DNA of 64,000 bases from Tubulanus polymorphus (taxonomy: Eukaryota; Animalia; Nemertea). The DNA lies in the NCBI RefSeq assembly GCF_964204645.1, contig NC_134032.1, positions 9,226,275 to 9,290,274 of the forward strand. Reading direction: 5' to 3'. Position numbers and translations under genes: made by a program. Positions 1 to 11,400 of the stretch are shown one piece after another; the stretch's first letter is position 1; every line of letters begins with the position of its first letter. The notes beneath the pieces were generated by a model that was given only the letters and a program-made list of their open reading frames with translations, did not search any database and was not told where the DNA came from.

Positions 1-2895
1 TATATTTCCATCATCATCACCACTCCACGCCACATCATCAAGCACTTCCCTCATTGTAAATAACTGCTGCGCCTATAAAAAAAGAAATAAATGGGCCTTC
101 AATAAATATTACTCTGTCATAGGAGTACTCAATTGCATAATATAGGCACAGATTTATTGCAGCCATAGCTTATTGGAAGTCATGATTGTCATTTTAGTGC
201 ATGGACAACACGTATGTGATCATCTACGAAAGCAGTTGATATGCATATGGCCCACAAATTAACACAAAATCACTCAGCGATCTACCATTTTGACATCCTT
301 ATGTAATTTTTTAGTGTTATATACAGGCTGACAGTAGCAAGATCAGTGGGTATTTTTAATTTTCATCAATAAAAGACATAAAATTCCTAGTAGAGTTTAT
401 TATCAGTTAAAGTGTGGTCGTCATAACTAACTTCCAACGTTCCAATAGTAGCAAACGCAAAATATATTCATGTTACTTCATATTTATTTATTACAATTCA
501 ACAAGGACTTTTGCCCCAAAAAAATCGAGATTCTTACAGTTTGTTTAAAGTTTAACCAGTTTATTTTTGCTTACCAGACAAACCAGGAAGTAATTTTAAC
601 GCCATTTCTTTAAGGCCTGTCCAGAGCCACTGCAGGCTAGAGAAGCACTAGAGTGTTAGTTAGAAAACCAGAATGTGAAAAGTCGCATATTTGCGGCTTG
701 AAACCACAAAAGATAATTTGCGACAGCACATCGGTTAAGGGTTGTGTATCTTCTATGGTAGAGCTCAATATATGGACGTTTTCTGCCCTTGACATATGGA
801 TATTTTCTTTACCTTTACAAACCACCTTTACTAGTTAGGGCTTTTTATGGACAATCGATTGAGGAATGCATCTTTTCTTCTCTTAATGCTGATGTCATTC
901 TATAATCAGGTCTTATCATGTGTAATCAAGATGGAAATAAGGCCTATCCAGATGTCTGAATTTCTTGATATCCCTGAGGTCAAACAATGATTTCGTCGTG
1001 TTCTATCAGAAATGAGTTCCTGCCTCATTTCTTGAACTGAAATCCAATGTCCACAAAAGTTCTCTGGAGTGAGGCCCATGAAATTTTTGGAATGATGGCC
1101 ACGAGTAGATTTGAGATTTGTCACTGTCTTGCAACTTCCACCATCTCCTAACTGGGATGCCAAGTCCACCTCCTATCGAGTTGTATTAGTTAAATAGATA
1201 CACACATTAAATGTAACATTCCTATCCTTTCTGGTAATGTGAGTCCATTTATATTGTTTTATTGAATGAAAATAAATCTGCAGATAGATAGAGCATGCAT
1301 TTAGCATGTACTTGACCAGGCTTAGTCAAATAATGTTTTTGTAAAATATGCAGTAATTCTATGAGTAAATTTAGATTCGCCACCGTCGTGCAACTTCATA
1401 CATCTCTTATTTTGAATACCAAGTCCCGCATAAGAATGATCTCCCATATTTTATAAGATCGTGTTATTACTAGAATCATACATGATTTCCGCCTATCCTC
1501 AGGCTTGCTTATCACCTTTTATCGATTCTATTAGTAGAACAGTTACACATATTGAATGTAACATTCCTATCGTTACTTGTCTATAAATGATCAGTACATT
1601 GTCAAAATGATTAAAGTAGCAACTTTTGTGGTTGCACTTTGTGACTTGAGGAAAGTTATTGGTGATGGTGTTTGGGTTTACCGGCTGCAATGGCTTATTC
1701 AATCGATGAAGTGTAAGTTTGATTTTTGTGAGCATATGTGGATGATCTGGGTATTGTGAATCCTCGTTGATCTTGTGAATTTATCTTTGTCTTGCAAGTC
1801 ATCCTCATCAATTTGAATCCAAGAAAGATGATCAAACTCATCTATCATAATTAACTCATCAGTTGTTTATTGTTTTAGGAATTTATTCTCTTACATACCC
1901 GTAAGGCCCACAGCATATAGTTTGGTTGGCCACCCCAAATTATATCTGGATCTACCCTACATTCGACCGGTCTTTAGAATAATTTCGTAACCCTCACTTC
2001 ATACTAATGGCAGTCAAAAATTCTACCATAGATTCTCCCTCTTCATGGGCTGTAGGTTCTAAGTCCCTACTAATTAGTCCTCTGTTATTCGTCTCCACCG
2101 TGGCATTTTACCATCGATAAATATAAATCTCTTAAAACGGCCTGATAGGAAAAGAATTGTTCCTCAGTCCTCGTTAAGATTCTGACAATTACCAATAGAT
2201 TAGTCAAAAGCTGCATATGAAATACTGTATGAAATTATTATTAAGGGACTCAGAATATAATAAATATGTTCAGCAGAGCAAGCTGTCGATCACAATTATC
2301 GTAAAAACGATAAAAGGAGACGGCTACATCTAACTGAATGAATACTATTGTCGAATTGATCACAGAAAACCAACTACGTGAATGGTCGGTGAGCCCAGTC
2401 AAAGACCGGAGCTGACCGACAAACCAACTAATGCTTACCGAGTCTGGCTGTCAATTGTCAAACTGAGATGATGGGAGTCAGCACGACCGGTAAAACAGTT
2501 AATATTGTTAAATAATGATAAACGGTTGACCCCAGCATCCCAGCATGACCCTAACGGGCAGCTCAGCCTAGCGACCCGCATGCTAGCCCAACAACTAGCA
2601 TGACAACAAACCAACACCAGCTGATAGCGCCGCCACTCGCGTGCCACGGACACTACCAGCATGGCTGAAATCAACAGATACTTAGCCGGTTGAAAATACG
2701 AATTTTAAGTAAGTGATCCCACCCCCCATCTATACAACATATCAATACACAATATCTATACAATAAACATCTTAAATTCAACTACAGTAAATATATTTAC
2801 ATGTGAATCTAACAAGCCTAGCCCGCCCCCTCTAGATATTCAATTCAATTAAATACAATACAATACAATACATTTTAATAATTACAATTGCATAG

Positions 2896-2921
2896 ATGCT
2901 ACACTACCCCCCCCCCCCCTC
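2896..2921 (-). mobile_element. Polypurine tract and start of the 3' LTR of a Gypsy-like retroelement
   Basis: Minus strand reads a G-run (2907-2919), then TAG, then TGTAGCA: a PPT followed by a TG LTR start at 2903. The far end of the LTR is not resolved. Confidence 0.65.
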
Positions 2922-2960
2922 CAGGTCTGGACATCCTCGTCCAGAAAATAACTACATTAT

Positions 2961-4140
2961 ATCACAATTTAATTAAAACTTCTCCAAAATAGTACAAAAT
3001 TCATATTCCACCTTGCTTCCTACCGGATAAACTAAGACAAATTTCCCCCCAAACATCTCTCCATCGTGCCGATGTTTAACCATTTTCCTTTTGAGGTCAG
3101 ACGTAATATCTACTGGTTTTAACAGAATTGTCCACGGCTTATTGTCTAGATCTGAAGTTTTTGGTCGGATATTTTCTTTTTGGATTGTCGTCTGCGGACT
3201 GTTAAACGGACTCACACTTGGCGCTACTGCCAAGTTAATTTTCACAATTTATTTAAAACTTCTTCAAAATAGTACAAAATTCACCTTCCACCTTGCTTCC
3301 TACCAGAAAAACAAAGACAAATTCCCTCCCAAACATCTCTCCAACGTGCCGATGTTTAACCATTTTCCTTTTGGGGTCGGACGTAATATCTACTGGTATT
3401 AACGGAATTGTCCACGGCTTATTGTCTAGATCTGAAGTTTTTGGTCGGATATTTTCTTTTTAGATTGTCTTCTGCGGACTGTTAACCTGACTCACACTTG
3501 GCGTTACTACTGACGTTTCTTCTTGCCAGTTTCCGGTTATTTCTAAGAGTTCATCGATTGATATTTCTGGCGCTTCTATATGGGTTCTGGTTGAGTTATT
3601 TTTGTTTCTGTTGGAACTTTCTGTATTACTGAACGAGGAATTGTGGGTAATAATTCACGATCTTCTGCGGACTGTTAAACGGACTCACACTTGGCGCTAC
3701 TACTGATGCCAAGTTAATTTTCACAATTTATTTAAAACTTCTTCAAAATAGTACAAAATTCACCTTCCACCTTGCTTCCTACCAGAAAAACAAAGACAAA
3801 TTCCCCCCAAACATCTCTCCAACGTGCCGATGTTTAACCATTTTCCTTTTCGGGTCAGACGTAACATCTACTGGTATTAACGGAATTGTCCACGGCTTAT
3901 TGTCATGATCTGAAGTTTTTGGTCGGAAATTTTCTTTTTGGATTGTCTTCTGCGGACTGTTAACCTGACTCACACTTGGCGTTACTACTGACGTTTCTTC
4001 TTGCCAGTTTCCGGTTATTTCTAAGAGTTCATCGATTGATATTTCTGGCGCTTCTATATGGGTTCTGGTTGAGTTATTTTTGTTTCTGTTGGAACTTTCT
4101 GTATTACTGAACGAGGAATTGTGGGTAATAATTCACGATC
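2961..4140. repeat. Tandem triplication in the 3' internal region of the Gypsy-like element
   Basis: A ~280-bp core (tcacaattta...cttggcg) starts at ~2961, ~3241 and ~3721. Copies 2 and 3 share an extra ~150-bp extension (period 480 bp). Confidence 0.9.
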
Positions 4141-6106
4141 GTATCGTTCCGTCTGTTCTAACGTACGTATAAAACGGCCTGAATGTCCTTTGACTGCATT
4201 CAGATCTTTCGGATGGATTTTCTCTATGTTCTTTCATCAGGCTCACTCTATGTGAATTGAATTCACACAGCTTGCACTGGAACACTCAGTTGCTTGTTCA
4301 GGGGGAATAAAAATCTGCTCAAGTTATTAAAAAGACAGTAATAAGTATTGTCTTCATTGACTAGCATTAAAAGATTAACATGCCTTGCGCGTGGATTATC
4401 ACTCAAACGGCAGTCAAAAATACTCTCACCTTCATGGGCAAATACGTTTACTGATAATCAATCTTCCCGGAATTGAGTTTGCTACGGAAGCCAAGATTTT
4501 GTACAATTGCTCAGTGCAGATATACTGGGCAATGAACTTATGACTCCTTTCCCTCAGATAGCAAAAATTCCTACATAGATTACTACCGATAGAACTAAGC
4601 CGAAAGGGGTAAATACATGAATTAAACAAAAATAGCGAGCCAAGCCGATTACATGAATGAATACAAGTCATAAGAGTAAAAGCGAAATATGAGTACATTA
4701 CTATAAAATTAGGACAGACCAATGGTCGTAGCTTGATTACTTCCGACACGGCTCTTCATGCCATGTCTTTACATGGAAGATATATGAATAAAGTGAGGGC
4801 CATTATAATATGAACGAGATAGGACATGCTTTTCCTCACCCCAGGTAAAACACTAATTTCTGCGATATTATGATGATTGAGTTGGGAATCAACACTGGGT
4901 TTGATCGTGGGGTTTTTATCGGTAAGGCCGCTCTCACCCACGATGAGACGCGCCTTATCTAATTTCCCTGATTCTGATAGCGGTTCATGGTACTGGGGCC
5001 ACGGATTGCTACGATAATTATTCTTCGGTGAACTACTGTCAAACGATCGGTCACCTCTCCACTCTGGGCGGGTCGTTGGTCCCTGGACCGGTCGTGAATC
5101 GCGGCGGAAACAAGTGTCCCTCACATGACCCTCTCTGTGACAGAAATCACAGTAAGGCCTGTAAGGTCGCTGCGGAAATTCAGGATTCCGTTTCGAAGCT
5201 TGCAGGTCAGCTCAACGATCTCACCTTCTCTATAAGGGTATTCGTCAGGGTGTTGACCTGTACTTGCACCGCTGCCACAGTAGGAGTTGCATGCGCGTCA
5301 AGCTGGCTGATGATCTCAGCTGTGAGGGCGTGGTTAACCGCCTCTTCCACCGTCTCAGGCTGCTGCATGAGGACGAATTTCCTTCTGTCTGGCCGTAAAC
5401 CCATCAGAAAAACCTGAAACCATGTTTGGGGGGGCGTCCCTTACTTTGAAAACTTTGATGTGAGGTCCTCCGAAAAAGACCTGACAGGCTCCGTCGGACC
5501 CTGTTTGCATCCCAGAAGTGCCTGCTCCTGAACCAAGTACAGTTCTCTAGGGTCAAGTTTGGATTGTAGACCCGATTAGATGAAAGCATAGGAAGCTCTG
5601 TCGGGGCCCTGATGCTGCGAAAGAACGTCGTCGTAGTAGTCCCTCGCCACGCCTGTCAAATATGCAGGGATGATGTTCGCATTAACCCCCTACACCCCAA
5701 CCACCCTTTACATCAAATGAAAATTATTTCCAGTGATATTCTACATATAAATGGCATGGGTTTTTTATTGCCAAAAAGGGTCATTGAGAGAAAATTTTCA
5801 CAAGTCAATTTTCACAAGTCAAAAATAATTTTTGGCCCACTTTTTGGGATTTTGGCCATGTTGCTCATTAGCAACATTGGTGGTTAATGGCATAACTGCA
5901 ACAAAAAGTAACACATAAACACCATTCCATCTTCTGAAACATTTGGATAATATGATGTCTTATAAGTTAGAATACCTCAATAAAAGCGGATTTAGCTACC
6001 GATTTTTGTAAACAATGGCTATACATTGACTCAAAACCTATTGATATGCCGGTAATCAAAATTTGATGATAATTTGCACACAATATTCCATATTTATTTT
6101 TCAGTC

Positions 6107-7436
6107 TCACAGCTTATGAAATGCAGTAAAGCAGTTTCTAGTTTCTTTACCAGTAATAATACATAGATATACACCACATTTTGAACATTTTATTTGGGAG
6201 TAGCATATTGGGCACAATCTACATCGACCACGCGTTCCCACGACATCCGGCCAGTGACCAATTTTGTCATACCTGACATCCTGTACCGGGAGTGGTACTA
6301 CTACTGTCTTCTTCCTAACAGGTGGAGATGCAATCGATGGCCTTCCACATGCAGGTTTTCCAGCTTTTTTGAGGCACTCAGCCACCTGTGACTGAAATAT
6401 CTTCATTGCCATGGGTTTTTTTCCCAATGACTTACATGAACGCTTACATGAATTTACAAGGCTTACAGTGAGCAAATGAAAGAAAATATACATGTACCAC
6501 CTCCTGGATTTCATGAGACGTTTGTATAGGGTGCACATCATATCAAGGAGGTCCACACCTCCCATTTTAGCATTATACTCCTTGACTATAGCAGGTCGAG
6601 TCACTTCAATATGCTTTTTTTGGGATTTGTCATACCTTCACGTTATCAACAGGCTCGGTTCCTAAGTAGGATGAAATCAAAGTGACACATTTGTTGTCCA
6701 GCCATCTGACAAGGGACAGATTATTTGTTTTTTCATATACAGATGACATGTGACCACGACCTACTTTCTTCAGCTCTTTTTCAGATGGGAGGGGTGCTTT
6801 ATTTAGCCTATTAGCATTTATGGTACCGGTATAGTGGAGGCCACGATTTTTCATCTCAGCCACCAATGCAAAACCAGAGAAATAATTATCTGCGAACACT
6901 TTCTAAGCAGTATCAGGTGGTAACGACCTGCAAAGTTGTAGTACAACATTACCTCCAACACCACAACTTGGGACGCCATCATCATCATCAATACCAGTTC
7001 CTTTGCCCTGATAGATCGCAAAATCGTTTAGAAACCCATCATCATAACAGCGACCCCAAAGTTTGAAGCCCCATTTTTTGGGCTTTTTAGGTAGGTACAT
7101 TTTCAAATTGGACCTATCCTTGAAAGCTACCATGATCTCATCTATACTGACACACTCGGTAGTGGAGACAAACCTGAAATTTTCAGCGAGCTTATCTACA
7201 AATGGTCTTATTTTCCAGACACGATCATTCTTTTTGGTCTCATCAGTGACCGTATTATTATCAATGATATGGATATAACATTTGATCAGGCTGATGAAAA
7301 TCTTCATTGACGTCACTATCATCCCACCCTCATTTTCGCTATCCGAATCACCTCCAAGCAAATCAATTTCGCTGTCGTTCCCGTCAATAGCATCTATAAT
7401 GTCATCAACGTTCGTAAATCTTCTTGAACCAGCCAT
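6107..7436 (-). pseudogene. piggyBac transposase pseudogene (PGBD2/PGBD3-like)
   Basis: Motifs SIDEIMVAFK, PKKPKKWGFKLW, FADNYF, YNAKMGGVDLLD and a C-terminal Cys-rich domain CRLC...CSKC.VYLC...CF..FH. In-frame stop at 6903-6905, frameshift near 6630, apparent internal deletion near 7310. Confidence 0.9.
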
Positions 7437-8485
7437 CTGAAAGACATGAAATGAATGCCCATTTGATAGCAAATCAAAGTACACCAAATTAAAATTTGAT
7501 AAAATTCATTGAATTGAAATTGAATTGACTGTGAACAACCGACGTTGCTCATGAACAACACGAAAATTTGACATTATCTGTGAACACAACTCTGCAGATA
7601 ACTTTCATTACATGCGATGATTATATTCTATATATAGTCCTTTACAAATATAATATACTTTCAAATAGGTCTGAGTTCGATTTCAGGTCAAAAAATTGAC
7701 AAAATATCACCTTTGGTTTTTCATTTGTCACATTCATGGAGGTAGCCATGTTGGTTCAGCTGGTAAAACTATGAACCGCGCGGTATCGCCATCTACAGAT
7801 TTCTACCCGTACTTAAGACGTTGCTCATGAGCAACATTGGCCAATAAGGGTAAAATCTAAGACCCCCCTCATGGAGGGGGGTCTTAAGGTGGTAGTACCC
7901 CACAAATTCTATTTCCTTTAATAAAGGAGTTACCCCATTCAACCTGATAAATATCTAATTGGTATAGAAAATGTAATTTATCAAACTTGAGAATTTTCCA
8001 ATCTTGACCTGATTATGCAAATATGACCTAATTTGCATATGAAAGTGACAAATATCAGGGTATCAATAAAACAGCCCTCATTTCGAAAAAAGTTGAGGTA
8101 ACTTCATTCTGTAAACTGTTATTCGTTTCAAATAATCATATCTAGTGCCTGTACCACTTTGGTTACTGAACTCCCAAGGAATTTTTGCTCATCCAATAAT
8201 TTATTCCCCAAGATTGAATTTCAAAATTTCTGTCACCTAATTAATATGCACATGTCTTATAAATGGCACATTTGTACTTGTATCACTGTCAAAGTGGTAC
8301 AGGCACTAGATAAAGTTATTTTCTACGTTCTCTGAAAGTTTGGACAAGTTTCTTTAGAAAATAAATGTTTTATGACTATTTCTATTTCCGAAGTCACACC
8401 AAAAATTACAAAGGAGAAAATTAGTGATAAAAGCTTGTATTAAATGGTTATAGCAATACATAACTGAAAAACGATATAAAGTCTC

Positions 8486-11400
8486 TTAAAATGCACCGGG
8501 AGCATATGTAATGCCTTCATGTTCCTCTGCTTTATCGAGATAACCCTTTCGCACTGCTCTTAAAGTTTTTCTGCGGTTTTTAACGGGTTCGCTAGATTTT
8601 CGGATCGACTCATTCAACCGTGATGTGTCGTCGACAGAACAAGCTTTAATAGTAAAACGTCCAGGAAGAATATCCATATCTTCAAATAGTTTTATACACA
8701 CATTAGCTCCATCATTATAGTTACAAACAGCTGAATACACACCGATTTCGATAACTTCTCGCTCAACATACACGGTTTTGGGCACACGCTCCCAGACGCA
8801 TCCATTTAAACGTTCATTTCCATTTTGTGTTTCACCATGCAGACACTTTTTAAGCAGATCTTCTTTTGAAAGATCTGCATAAACTGGCTCTAGCAGCTTG
8901 TATATAGGTTCTGCTAGGCCATGTCTATGCTTATATGTGTCTTTGTCCTTGACAAAACCACACCAGGAGTCCTCACCGATAGGACACAGATCGTGAAGTG
9001 GAACCTCATCGGTAGAGGCAACATGTCTGAGACTCGCCCACACCGCTTTCTGCATTGCAGGGACAGATTCATGATTGTTTCGCAATGCAATGCCAAAATA
9101 GTTCTGTAAGATATCTATCTTGGTATCTGTTAGACGACCACGTCCGCTTAACCCTTACTGTGCGCAGCCCAGTTACCCGTGCTGTGCGCAGCCATATTTA
9201 CCCATTTTCACAGTAAATGGGTTAGGGTTAGTTAATGTACCATAATTCCTCAGGTAGTAAATATTTTTACATTAAACTTTCCACATATACCCTTGATAAG
9301 TGTAGAATCATTTTGGTGTACTCAAAGTAGGTCAGAGATGTGGTTGCCATGGCAACCATACTGCCCAATATGGCCGCCGGTGTTTGAAATGCCTTCAGAA
9401 TAGCAATATCAAGTTGAAAATCAAAAAATGTGGAACTGCCAAGTGTTGTATATTACTTATTTCCTAAACCTTATAGTTTCAGCAACCTGTTACAAAAGAA
9501 ATTAGAGTAAAATATGCAAAATTGTGAGAAATATGCGGTTTTATAGTCATCAATATTTTTCGAAAAATAACCCGTAAATTTCAAATCGACAGATAACCAG
9601 AATTTCTGCTGACCAAGCATATCCAACACATTGTAGCATCCAAAACAAACATAATAGGCAATGTAAGAACAATCTACATTAAAACTAAATGAATTTTAAT
9701 TAATCAAGTATTTAAATTTCATCAGTTACCATGGAAACAGTAAGTAAACACAAATGGCTTATAACGAGTCTGAACAACTAGCAACATGCAGTTCCGATGA
9801 CAGAACAAAAACTTTTATCGTCTGTTTCTGATAATCTAAATGTACAGAAAACCATATTCATTGTTTCTATGAATAAAATCATTTCTTTCCACCACTGAAT
9901 TGTTTTGTCTTTGACATTGGTTTTTCCTTTCGGATTCCGAAATTTCATGAGAGTATGGTAGGGTCTCATACACTCTGGGTGCAAAGGTGGAGAATTTGAA
10001 CACGTTCCGCAAACATAGACAGTTTCATTTCGATACCTTTTACCTAGTGTCCTGTCGCTACATACAACGCATTCTCTGGTTTTGTCACTCTTTTCTGACC
10101 AGTGGGGTAAGCCATCAAGACGTTCAAAATCAAATGTGACAGGGCGGATTTCAGGGTTTTATCAGTCGTCACCAGAGCTTTTATCAACTCGACCCTAAAT
10201 TGCTTGTGAGACATTATATTAGTATCATTTCTCTCCTCTCTATCTTTCTTATAGAGAATGTATGCATTGACAATTGTTACCTCTAACTGATGGAAGAATA
10301 TTTTTCTCCACCTTTTTTTTTGACTTCTTTTCAAACTTATAATAAGTACACAACTGATCGCAGACATCCACCCCACCCATGTTCCGGTTATAGTCAAAGA
10401 TACATTTTGGTTTCTGTTTTGATGGCTTATTTGGATTCTTTGATGGGATTTCCTCCCACTCATTTGAAGCATGACCTGAAGTGATCATGGTTACAACTCG
10501 TTTGTCCTTCCACTGTAGGACCATGATTTCATTGTCCCGGAAAGCAACTGTATCACCGACTTTCATAGCTTTAGAGTTTTTGAACATAGACGGTAACCCT
10601 TTTCTATTTGTCATGATGGTACCCGTGTAATTAAAACCAAGTTCCGATAGTTTTTTTGCGAGATCAATATACCAGAAGTAACGGTCAGCGTATATCCAAT
10701 GGCCGGTGTAAGCCAAGGGTTCGACTAGGTCCAAAACATGCTGTGATGACTTAGACAATTCGTCGTTATTATTATCTCCATTTTCATCACTACCGACATA
10801 CAGATTTTGATCGTACATAAATCCGGTTTCACTATCAGCTAAGATGTACAGTTTCATACCCCATTTTGTGGGTTTTTTTGGAGCGTATTGGCGAAATGAT
10901 ACGCGTCCTTTAAACTTTACCATAGTCTCGTCGACGGATAAATGTTCACCTAAATCAAAAAGTTCCTTTGAACGAGTATTCACATGATCGATGAACCATT
11001 TTACTTTATATGCCTTATGAGGTAAAACTTCACCTACTCCTAGTGGATCAGCTAAATGCAAATGGAAGAAGAGTAACATGAACTTATCTCGACTAACGGA
11101 CTGGTGAAATATGTTAATGTAGAGAGGTGCTTCTGACGAAAAATAGTCATGGATGCTGGGAAGTCTAACTAGTCCCATATTTATGATCAAGCCTAACAAG
11201 CGTCTTATATCCTCTACAGTAGGTTTTTCCCATTTATGAAACCTTGAGCTCTCTTTCAATTGACGTCCGGCTATGGTCTCTCGAGTGATACTTTCAGTAT
11301 TTCTGGCGATGTGTTCGATCGTTGCATCATCCCAAAAGAGATTAAAAAAGTTGATAGGAGTTCGATTTCTCATGAAAAGCAGCTGAAAATACATACAATA

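Noticed and set aside
637-1760. Short ORFs and a ~55-bp diverged direct repeat (~1172-1226 / ~1518-1571)
   Set aside because: No recognisable motifs or splice structure; most likely decayed TE sequence.
2051-2056. TGTAG at 2051 as the far end of the LTR (inverse of CTACA at 2899-2903)
   Set aside because: Sequence on both sides of 2051 resembles the element's internal region (4408-4730), so the match is probably chance.
2961-4140. Repeated ORFs (2973-3245, 3091-3402, 3779-3973) as genes, or the repeats as a CRISPR-like array
   Set aside because: These are long tandem duplications without unique spacers in eukaryotic TE DNA; the ORFs are by-products.
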